From NCBI GenBank assembly GCA_963762255.1, contig CAVXKA010000003.1, forward strand, positions 448,001 to 512,000: 64,000 bases of DNA, given 5' to 3'. The position numbers and the translations under genes are program-made. Below, piece by piece: positions 45,504-55,004 of the stretch. The stretch comes from Candidatus Eiseniibacteriota bacterium (GTDB taxonomy: Bacteria; Eisenbacteria; RBG-16-71-46; JABDJR01). The number at the start of each line of letters is the position of its first letter. Positions within the stretch are counted from its first letter, which is position 1. Below the pieces are notes generated by a model. It searched no databases and was not told the origin of the DNA. It saw only the letters and a list, made by a program, of their open reading frames with translations.

Positions 45504-48500
45504 TTGATGATCGCGAACTTCCCGATGTGCTTGCCCAGATCGCCCCCATCCACATGGAAGATGTAGAGCCCGGGCGCCACCTCCAGATTGTCCTTGGTGC
45601 GCAGATCCCACGGCACATAGCCGGCACTGGAACCGTCCTGCTGCAGCGTTTCCACCAGTTCCCCGCGCACGGTGTAGATGCGGATGCGCGCGTTCTGCGG
45701 GATGTTGCGGAACTCGATGCGCCGCTCGCCGCGGCCGGAGACCGCGAATCGCTCCGGTTCGAAACTCGCGGCGCCCACGTAGGGATTGGGCACCACATAC
45801 GGCTTGGCGGCAAAGCCCACCCGCGCGCTGTCCGCGTTCACGTGCGCCCCGCGCGTGCGGAAGGTGAACACGTCGGCGGCCCCGAACGGCTTGATCAGCC
45901 GCAATTCGTACCGATCGCCCTTCGTGGGTGGAACCAGCGTCCCCCGGGAAGGCTGGCCAAGCGTGTCCAGCTTGAGCGGTCCAGGTGATGCGCGGGCGCG
46001 TGGGCTCAGCATCCCGATACGTCACGATGTCGATCTGCTCATCGGCGCGGCTCAGGGTGCCGTCTGGGGCCGGCACCCCGTTGACCGAGTCCCTGTCCAC
46101 GAACCGGAACTTGAGGAAGTGGTCGCCCGCGGGCCCGTGCGCTACCACCCGGAATTTGGCCGGCCGCGCCTGCTCCCTGATTAGCTCGATTGAGGTGTCC
46201 ACCGGCGCGTCGTCGAAGATGATGCTGATGTCTTCGGGATACCCCGGGCGGAGCGTCCGATTGGAGAGGGAGGGTTGGTACTGCAGTTTCAGCCGGGAGT
46301 TCGTCGGACTCTCGGGGGTGAATCCGCTGCGGGCCTCATCGATGGTTGTGACGTCTTGGGTCTTGATCACCGGGAGGAGTCCCCCACCCACCGGCCCGAT
46401 CCCCAGTCCCTCCAGGTCCGTGCCGCTCTTGAACAACGTCCGGTGGGCGGTGCTGTCCCGCAGCGCGTAGGTGTTGGCGCGAACGCTCTCCGGGGACGTG
46501 GTGGCGAAGGTAAGAGCGATGAGGTGGTCCTCCGGTATGAGATTCGAGTTGACGACTTGAACGGAGACGGTTCCGGTCCCGCTGCCGAAAACGTGTCGGA
46601 GCGAGTCGACGGCCCCCGAGATGTAGCCCGGCACCGGCGGCTCCGGCCGCACGGCGACCACGTTCTGCGGGGGATTGAAGCCGCCGCGGAGCGTGCGCGA
46701 CACCGCGATCGCGTTCTCCGAGGGATAGAAAGAGAGGGAGTCCGAACCGTAGTCGTAGGATGTGACGGCGTAGTAGTAGAGCTGCCCGTTCGTCACCGTC
46801 GTGTCGGTCCACGTATGGGTGAGCCCGGTGTCGTTCCCGAGGTAGTACGCCACCCCTTCCACCGTGATGTCGGAGAAGCCCGTCTTGCCGTCGATGAGGT
46901 CGAACTGGGCGATAGGCCGCCCGTTCCCCAACGGGCCGGATCCGGTTCCGGTGGTGATCACCTTGGGGTCGCGGAACTCGGGATCCGAGGAGCGATAGAT
47001 GCGGTATCCCTCGAAATCGTAGTCCCCGGTGACCGGGTCGGCCCCGCGCTCCGACACGTCGCTCCACGAAAGCCGCACGTATCTGTCTCCGGCTTCCGCG
47101 GTCAGGGTGGGCATCAGCGGCGGCACCGCGAACCGGTAGTTCGCGTTGTAGATCTGCTGCACCGTCTTCACCGTGCGGCGGAGCTCGTTGAGGTCCCCTC
47201 CGTACGCGAGGGCGAGGCTGAAACGCTCGGTCTTGCCCGCCTTGAGCTTGAACGGCCCTGAAGCGAAAAGGAATCCGATGTTGTAGTTCGAGGCGAGCGG
47301 GGCGTCGAAGCGCACGGCGGGGTCGGGGTCGCTGAACTGCTCGTAGAGCCGCGACGGCCAGTTCGAACTTTCCGTGTAGAAGAGGATGCCGTCGACCTCG
47401 GTGCTGGGGCTGCCTTCCCCCCACTTGATGCGGTTCAGCTTGAAGCCGGTGAGGCCGATCTGGTCGGACTCATTGAGGTCCGTCCGGTCGAAACTGGGTT
47501 CGCCCTCAGTCGGCATGCCGTCCAGCTCGCCGGTGTCGCCGGTTCCGGCGAGGCCGTCCGCCCCCACGTCATGCAGGCTCTGGTTCCAGTCCATGTCCTC
47601 ATCTCCGGTCCACCAGCGAGCCGCTGCGAAAACCGGGCCGCGCCTCCAGAGGGCCGTACTCGGCGACGAACTTCGCCATGTCGTAGTGGGCCTTGACCCA
47701 CTGCTGGATTGCATCCTGCCCGACGATCAGCTCGCCGGGGCCGCCGTCCCGCATCTCGTCGGTGATGCCGTCGTCATCGTTGTCCAGGCCGTCGAGTGCG
47801 TTGCCCGGAGTCTCGAGGTACGCATATCCCAGGTAGCCCGTGCGCCCGCAGTTGCCGGAGAGGTCGCGACCGTGACCGCGGCGGTCCCAGGTGTACACAA
47901 GGTTGACGACATTCTGGTCAAAGCTCCGGTCGTAGTAGGCGTTGTCGTCGTCGGATTCATAAATGTTGTCGCAGGAGAACGCGGACCCCCCCACGCCGGA
48001 GTCCATGTAGAGCCCGAATATGATGTTGTCGTCGTAGTCGGTGGTGCCCTCGTTGGTGATGTCGTAGTGCCAGAAGATGACGTTGCCGGCCTGCGGATTG
48101 GCCCACTGGAACCCGCGCACTTCGATGCGCAGACCCAGGCCGTGACGGCGATCCTGCGGCGGCAGGTGGCTGTCGGTGCTGTCCGGGTAGAAGTCCCACG
48201 CGTCATAGAAGTTGTCGTCCATGACGGTGTAGCTCTCCTGGTCGGCCACCTTCTGCTTGCCGAAGTAACCGTTCCATTTCCCCGACCAACCGGGATCGTC
48301 GGGGTCGCTCCGCTTGTCCGGCCACACGTCGGGCCAGGTAAGCGAATCGCTGCTGATCGCAGGCGAGCGGGCCGCGTTGATGAGGGGGTCGGCCTGGAAG
48401 AACCCGGGGCGAGGCTCGAAGCGCATCACCCGGTTGTAGAACGGACTGATCGCCTGACGCTCGCGGAACCCGGTTTCCATGATGAAGGAATCCAGCCCGT

Positions 48501-48822
48501 TGCGCTGGCGGATCTTGGCGAGCACGAACGGCGTGATGCCGTCGCTGTAGTTCATCCCCGATCCCTTGGGCACCTCCACCGAGTGAAAGACGCTCAAGTC
48601 CACGTTGCCCGGATCGGGCGGGTAATCCCCGACCATCCCGTAGTTCCAGAAGACGGTGCGGATGTTGGCGGCATCGTGGATCCCGGAGCGCTCGGCGTCC
48701 AAGCTGCCGCGCTCTTCCGGCGGCACCAGCGCCTGCGCCCAGCTCCAGGCGCCGAAGACGGCCAAGGCCAGCAGGCCTGCTCCCCTGAAGCAGATCCGAA
48801 CCTGTCTCATGCGAACTCCCAT
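45500..48822 (-). CDS. Large (~1100 aa) secreted protein of unknown function with Asp-rich Ca-binding-like loops, an Fn3-like region and a VVPNPY-type C-terminal domain; frameshifts near 47635 and 45977
   Basis: Three ORF pieces (47599..48861, 44475..47714 and 45500..46012) each join after removing one base. Motifs: DGLDNDDDGITDE, DVGADGL.GTGD.GE.DG, DFEGYRIYRS, YYYAVTSYD and YVVPNPY...IRIYTVRGELV...PGLYIFHV...KFAIIK. Confidence 0.75.
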
Positions 48823-48857
48823 GCTCTCCTCACCATGGCATCGTGACTTCGAAGCCG

Positions 48858-51548
48858 TCATTCGCCGTCCGCTGTCGTTCGTTCCCGCGGGCTCACCGTC
48901 ACGCCGATCTCGATCCGCCGGGGCGCGTAGAACCGCGTCGGGTCCTTGAGCGACACCTCGTCCGTCACAGGAAACCGGGAGTAGTACGGGCTGCCCGTGC
49001 TGGCGAACACGCCGCCGTTGAAGAAACGGGTATCGAGCAGGTTGAACACCCGTCCGAAGAGGCTCACGTTGACCCTGCCCGCCTTCAAGTACTTCTCCCC
49101 ACGAAGATCGATGACCGCCCCGGCGGGCTTGCGCCCGGAGTTCGCTTCCAGCCCGCCGCCGAACCCAGCATCCAGAATCGGCGTGTAGGGCTGCCCGCTC
49201 GCCACTCGCAGCACCGCGCTGGCCGTGTACACGTCCGGTTCGGCCAGCGATACCGTCATGTTCACCGTGTGGCGCTGATCCCAGTTGAATGGAACCTGCC
49301 GGGGCCTGGGGTCTTCGCCCGCCGACGCCCGCGTCGCCGTCTCGCGCGGATCACTCGAGTTCCCCTGAGCGAGCTGCCAGGTGTAGTCGACGGCCACACT
49401 GGCCGGCCCCAGCTTCCGGTCGTCCAGCGTGACCGTGAAGCCGACCACGCTCCCGAAATCCACGTTGGTCAGGCGCGCGTACTCGGCATCGTTGTAGGTG
49501 GTGATGAACTCCACTCCCAGGAGATCCCGGATGTCCTTGTAGAACGCGGTCACGTCGACCCCGATGTCGTCGGTGACCGCGTGCTTGTAGCCGAACTCGT
49601 ACTGGACGGTCTTCTCCGGCTTCACGTCGGGGTTTCCCAGCACCCCATAGCTGATGCCCCCGGCTTGAAGACGGCTCAGCACCGCGTAGTTGGCGTTGTC
49701 GAAGATGGTCCCGATCGGGGGAAACTGGTAGAAGTGGCCATAGGCAAAGTGGACGGCGGCCCGCTCGGTGATGGGATAGGCCACCCCGAGGCGCGGCGCC
49801 AGCACCGCCTTCTGCGTCGCTGAAACGAGCGTGGAAGGGGGCGCGCCTGCGATCGAGTTCGCCGGGTTGGCGAGATCGCTCGGCACCTTGGCGCGGGAAT
49901 CGAAGAACTCGAAACGCACGCCCGCGCGAAGGGTGAGATCGGTCCACTCGATCTGGTCCTGGGCGTAGAGCGCCGCGGTCAGCGGGTGATACTTCACCAC
50001 GCCCGGATAGTCGGGCGGCTCGTGGTCGTGCCGCACCAACCGCTGCTCGCCTTCCACCGTGGTGTAGATCAGATAGCCGGGCGCACCGAACGAGACCTCG
50101 GGCCAGGAGATTTCGGTTCCCACCTTGACCTGATGGTCCTTGCGGACCTGGCTGACCACCGAGCCCTTCACGAGAAAGGTGCTGGTGGTCTGCACGTAAC
50201 GGGTGAACTCCACCCCCTGGATGAACGCCCCGGTCTCGTAGCTGCTGTCCTGGATCGGAGGACCCGCGTCGTCGTAGCCGGAGTCATAGACGTTGTGGTA
50301 GGCGCGATCCGAGTACCGAAGGTAGTTCTGGCGCAGACTCAGGTCCAGATAGGTCGTCGGGCTCACGGTGTGGGTCCAGTCGAGGCCGTGAACGATCGCG
50401 AAGGTCTTCTGCTTGGAGAGCCCGTCCGGGTTCAACCGAAAGGCGAAGTTGCTGCGGCGGCCCTCCGACGTCGTTGACCAGCGCCTGGTAGCTCAGCTTG
50501 TTGTTGGGGATCGAGGTGTTGGTGACCTTGAGCACGCCCGGACCACTCGCGGGAGTACCCGAGCGGCATCTCTTCGTCTGTCGCCGGTGGGGTGAAAGAT
50601 CTTGCTCTCGAAATCCGACGAATCCGTGGGGACGAACTTGCGGATCCCGCGGACATAGTCGTCGAACATGTAGCGGCGGCCGCTCAGAAGGTAGACCGTG
50701 CTCGGGACGGCAGACCGGACCGCTGACTGTGAGCTGGTAGTTCTGGATGGCGGTGGGACGGACTGGTGTCGTCGGCGTTCTCGGCGGCTACCGTTGCCCG
50801 GAAAGACGAATCCCCCCGAGAAGGCCTCTCCGCTCCAATCGAACTTCTGGGTGCCCTCCTTGAGCACCGCGTTGACCACCCCGCTCATGGCCTGCCCGTA
50901 CTCGGCGTCGAAGGTGCCGCTGATGACCTGGACTTCCTGCAGGAGAGAGCGGTCCACGCGCAGGCTCGAGGTGTTGTTGAACGCGTTGTTCACGCTCACC
51001 CCGTCGACCTGGTACTGGACCTCGCCGACGCGCCCGCCTCGGAAGTGACCGTCCACGACCCCCGCCTGGAGGTTCACGACGTCCTGCAGCTCCTGCACCG
51101 GGAGCGCCTCGATTTCCCGGCTCGTCAGGGTGGTCCTGGTGCTGGTGAGCCCCACGTCGACCGGCGGCCGCTCGGCGGTGACGATCACCTCCTCCGTGGC
51201 CAGGGCGGATTCCTCGAGCACGGCGTCGAGTCGGGTGGTGTTGTCCGCGGAGACCAACACGTTCTTCGTGATGCGGGTCTTGTAGCCCATGCGGCCGATG
51301 CTGATCTCGTACGTGCCGGGGGGGACGTTGAGGATGCTGTAGTCGCCTTGCGCATCGGTGAAGGCCCCCAGTCGTCCCCCCACGATGAGGACCGTGGCGG
51401 CCACGATCGGGCGGCTCTGCTTGTCGACCACGCGCCCGGAGATCTTGCCGGTCGTGCCCGCGAAGAGCACCGCGGGCGCCAGAAGGACAAACGTCCCGAG
51501 CGCGACCACCGCACGTATCACCGCCCGCTTCATCACGTAACGCAGCAC
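48858..51548 (-). CDS. TonB-dependent receptor with N-terminal carboxypeptidase-regulatory-like domain; several frameshifts at 50430-50790
   Basis: Signal peptide; GTTGKISGRV; plug motifs HFRGGR..EV.Y.VDG and GTFDAEYGQAMSGVVN; barrel motifs YAQDQIE, APRLGVAYP, GNPDVKPEKT.QYE.G and PRRIEIG. SD GGAGGAG precedes GTG 51548. Confidence 0.85.
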
Positions 51549-51570
51549 GATCGCGTCTCCTCCCCCGATT

Positions 51571-51641
51571 GAGGATTCCCGGAGGGACGGGGCGGGGCGT
51601 GCTTCCATTCCCGCCCCGTCCACTCGCCAGAGGAATGCCTC
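51571..51641. other. Intergenic stem-loop without U-tract (possible mRNA stabiliser or attenuator)
   Basis: A 12-bp perfect stem GGACGGGGCGGG (51585-51596) / CCCGCCCCGTCC (51610-51621) is nested in an outer GAGGATTCC / GGAATGCCTC stem. Confidence 0.6.
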
Positions 51642-53525
51642 TCAGTTCACCAGGATCATCCTGCCGTTCAGCACCGCCTGCACCGCGCCGCTCTGCGGAT
51701 CCGCGGCCTTCAGCCGGTAGAAGTAGATGCCGGCACTGCCGCCGGTCCCGTCGTACGGAAGCTCGCGCAGTCCGGCAGCCTGAATCCCGAGCGAGCGCTG
51801 CTCGATCATCCGGCCGGCCACGTCGAACATCTCAAAGGTCACCCGACTCGGCGCCGCCAACGTGTAACGGATCGTCGAGCGCGCCGCCGGGTTGGGGAAC
51901 GCGCCCAACAGGGTGTAGTTGAGCGCGGGCTTCAAGCCGGGATCCTCCACTCCGGTGACCGGAGTATTGGCCAGATGGGCCCATGCCGGACAGCACTCGT
52001 TCTCGTACTGCCGGAACCACCAGGTGCGCGTCCCGTAGCTGAAGGTGTACGGGTCGTAGGAATCGCCGTCGAGCAGGTTCACCCCGATGAAGATCGCCTG
52101 ATCGCCCAGATCGGCGGGATAGCCCAGGGCGGTGAGATCCAGGGACATCTCGGCGGTGTAGCCGTCGTCCACGTCGGCCCCGATGGTGTCCACCGTCGTT
52201 CCTGTGTTGAGGTGGAGGGCGATCTGCGCCGTTCCCGCCGTCACCATCTGTGCCAGATAGTCCTGCGGTGATGCGCCGCCCGCCTGAGTCACGTGGAAGG
52301 TCAGCCGACGCCCGAGCAGGTGGTGATCCTCGGTGCCGCGCGCCACACGGTCATTGATCGAGACGATGAACCCGTCCCAACGATCGAGGTTCGGGTGGTC
52401 CTGCACGACCTCGTCCCGCACGTCGAAGCCCATGTAGAGCTTGGTTCCCTTGAAGAACATCTTGACCGTGGCGTCCCCGGGATCGATAACCGTCGCCGTG
52501 CCCCAGGGAAGACCGACCTGGTACTCGCCGGACCGGACCGGCCCCACTCCGGGGTAGGAGGCGCGCAGCGCCTCGTCGCCGAAGCGAATGTCGAAACCGT
52601 CGACCGCGCTCCACACCGGTTCGGTCAAGCTGCCGTCGACCGTTGGATCGGTGTACCCGATCCCCTCCGGGATATAGACCTCGGGCGGGAGATAGGGCGC
52701 AGGGCCCGAGTTGACGGTCACGCTCGGGCGCGCGAACACGTGCACCTCATCGAACCAGGAGGCGTTGCCCCAGGGGCTCTGCCACCACACGCGGTTGTAG
52801 CTGAGCTGGAAGACCATCGGCCAGAGCCAATCGCAGTCGTAGACGGAGATGTTCCACTCCACCACGTCACCCTCGGGGGTGGTGATGTCGTAGCCCATCG
52901 GGGTGAGGTTGAAGCGCATCTCCACGGTCCAGCTCGTGTCAGGGACTGCGTCGGAGTTGGTGAGCCCCTTGACCACGGTCACAGCATCCCAGTTCGCCAC
53001 GTCCGTGGAATCGCGGACACCCACGGAGTCGACCCCCCAGCGGCCTCTGAAATCGGGCATCACGCCGGGGGTCAACGTGGTGCTGTCCGGGAACCACCAG
53101 GAGTACAAGTACTCCGAGGGAGGCTTGGGGAACAGCCCGTTCAGATGATCCTTGATGGCCATCAGGAGACCGTCGTGGCGGTTGAAGTCCTTGGAGCCGC
53201 CGATCGACTTGTCCGGGACCACCACGCCGAGATAGAGCTGGTTCCCGTAGGTGAGCAGCTTGACGTAGGCCTTGGTCGAATCGGAGGGAAGGAATCCCCC
53301 CTCGACCTTCCACCCGCTGCCGGGAATGCCTGTGTCCTTGCCGAACACGAGAAGCGTGGATTCGGCCTTCGCCCAGCCCGACTCGTTGAGCTTGCCGTCC
53401 AGCGTGATCGGGGTGAGGGATCGGCGCGCCCAGACCGCATCCTGGCGCGGCGCCTGAGCCATCGCCGGGATCGAGAGGCCGAACAACGCGCAGAGGAGCA
53501 GAGCGAGTGCCGCTCGGGTTTTCAT
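51642..53525 (-). CDS. Secreted protein with two CBM9/DOMON-like sugar-binding domains and a T9SS type-A-like CTD
   Basis: Signal peptide; two repeats starting ITLDGKLNE.GW and PTVDGSLTEPVW, followed by LY.G..V.D and [WY]T.EM. CTD: AFPNP...FDVAGR...AGIYFYRL. Confidence 0.72.
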   Translation of the reverse strand: MKTRAALALLLCALFGLSIPAMAQAPRQDAVWARRSLTPITLDGKLNESGWAKAESTLLVFGKDTGIPGSGWKVEGGFLPSDSTKAYVKLLTYGNQLYLGVVVPDKSIGGSKDFNRHDGLLMAIKDHLNGLFPKPPSEYLYSWWFPDSTTLTPGVMPDFRGRWGVDSVGVRDSTDVANWDAVTVVKGLTNSDAVPDTSWTVEMRFNLTPMGYDITTPEGDVVEWNISVYDCDWLWPMVFQLSYNRVWWQSPWGNASWFDEVHVFARPSVTVNSGPAPYLPPEVYIPEGIGYTDPTVDGSLTEPVWSAVDGFDIRFGDEALRASYPGVGPVRSGEYQVGLPWGTATVIDPGDATVKMFFKGTKLYMGFDVRDEVVQDHPNLDRWDGFIVSINDRVARGTEDHHLLGRRLTFHVTQAGGASPQDYLAQMVTAGTAQIALHLNTGTTVDTIGADVDDGYTAEMSLDLTALGYPADLGDQAIFIGVNLLDGDSYDPYTFSYGTRTWWFRQYENECCPAWAHLANTPVTGVEDPGLKPALNYTLLGAFPNPAARSTIRYTLAAPSRVTFEMFDVAGRMIEQRSLGIQAAGLRELPYDGTGGSAGIYFYRLKAADPQSGAVQAVLNGRMILVN

Positions 53526-53595
53526 GATGAGGGCCTCCTACCGAGGGGATAAGGATTCCAGGTGCAGGGATACGGAAGGCGGGCGCAGACCATCG

Positions 53596-54744
53596 TCACC
53601 GCCCTCCCAGAACGCGCCCGCGCGTTCGTGAGGTGACCAGCGCGGACTTCCGGCTCCGCGGCACGGCCGCGGGCTCGGCATCGGATGCGGGTTGTGCAAG
53701 GGAAACGCCCCACCGGCGCCGCGCCCGCGCCTCGGCGGCGCGTGGCTGGGTGGAGCCGCACGAATTGCGCACCACGAGGGTGGCGGGAATGATCTCGCGG
53801 CTGGGTGGGGCAGGAGTCGGCGTGCGGGTCGACTCCATCCAGAGCCGCATCGCCCGCTCGCCGAGTTCGTAGGCGTCCACGTGGACGGTGGTCAGAGGCG
53901 GATTGAGATACTGGGCGATGGCGATATCGTCGAAACCGGTCACCGCCATGTCCCCCGGGACCTCCACTCCTGCGTCGCGCAACGCGCTCAGGAGCCCGAT
54001 CGCCATGTAGTCGTTGGCGGCGAACACCGCTGAAGGGCGCGGCCGACGGCGCAGCACCTTGACGGCGGCGCGATACCCGGAGGACTCGGTGAAGTCCCCC
54101 GCAATCTCCAAGCCGGAATCGCTCTCCAGACCTGCATCCGCGAGGGCAGCGCGGAACCCGCGCAGGCGCTCGTCCGCGTCGACGTTGCCGGGAGGCCCGG
54201 TGATCATCGCCAGGTCGCGATGACCGAGCTGGGTGAGATGGTTCACCATCGTCCGCGCGCCCTCGTAGTTGGCGATCGAAACCGCTGAGCACCCGTTGGA
54301 GGCAAAACGGGGGCTCAAGAGGACCACGGGGAACTTGCGGGTGATCTGATGGATGGCCTTCGCCGATCCCTTGTCGGGTGCCATGGCGATCAGCCCGTCG
54401 ATACGTCCCCGCATGGACCGGGCGGCGACAAGGAGCGCATCCGTGTCCGCGTGCGAGCTGGAAACGAGGATCTGGAGCTTCTCCCGCCGCGCGGCGTGGT
54501 CGATTCCTCGGATGACCTCCGAGAAAAACTCGCCGAAGAGATCGGGGAGGAGCACGCCGAGCACCTGGCTGCGATTGGTGGTGAGGCTGCGGGCCGCGGA
54601 GTTGGGCCAGTAGTCGAGCTTGGATGCCGCCGCCTGCACCGCCCGGCGCGTCTCCTCGCTCACCCGGCTGCTACCGTTAAATACGCGGGAAACGGTGGCG
54701 ATCGACACTCCGGCGGCTCGCGCAACATCGCGAATCGTCACCAC
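53596..54744 (-). CDS. LacI-family transcriptional regulator
   Basis: TIRDVARAAGVSIATVSRVFN HTH, PNSAARSL, FAANDYMAIG, GFDDI and PPLTTV; SD GAGGAG before GTG 54744. Confidence 0.95.
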   Translation of the reverse strand: MVTIRDVARAAGVSIATVSRVFNGSSRVSEETRRAVQAAASKLDYWPNSAARSLTTNRSQVLGVLLPDLFGEFFSEVIRGIDHAARREKLQILVSSSHADTDALLVAARSMRGRIDGLIAMAPDKGSAKAIHQITRKFPVVLLSPRFASNGCSAVSIANYEGARTMVNHLTQLGHRDLAMITGPPGNVDADERLRGFRAALADAGLESDSGLEIAGDFTESSGYRAAVKVLRRRPRPSAVFAANDYMAIGLLSALRDAGVEVPGDMAVTGFDDIAIAQYLNPPLTTVHVDAYELGERAMRLWMESTRTPTPAPPSREIIPATLVVRNSCGSTQPRAAEARARRRWGVSLAQPASDAEPAAVPRSRKSALVTSRTRGRVLGGR

Positions 54745-54835
54745 GATCAGCTCCTCGGGAGGGATTGGGAGCCCCGGTTTCACCGCCGGTGGGCTGGAAA
54801 GGCAGCGATCCCGACCGGACCCCCTCTGCTGTGCG

Positions 54836-54870
54836 TGTAAACGGTTACATAGACAGGCTGCCGATGTCAA
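54836..54870 (-). promoter_or_regulatory. LacI-type operator overlapping the lacI-operon promoter
   Basis: Dyad TGTAAACGGTTACA (54836-54849). A minus-strand TTGACA at 54865-54870 places the -10 position inside the dyad. Confidence 0.72.
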
Positions 54871-55004
54871 GCGAAGGATGTGCGACACGCGCGTTGCGCG
54901 AGTGGAGGCTTCCACCCGGATCAACGCGGGTCTAGAGTGGATCGGTTCGTCTCCGGTGTGGGATCTCGTCCCCGCCGGCGGTCAGCGGATGATGAAGGGA
55001 ACCC

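Noticed and set aside
44475-47714. Apparent 1079-aa fusion of a secreted protein to PorV
   Set aside because: It is an artefact of the frameshift near 45977. The intervening translation is off-frame, and the PorV-like gene has its own start and signal peptide at 45503.
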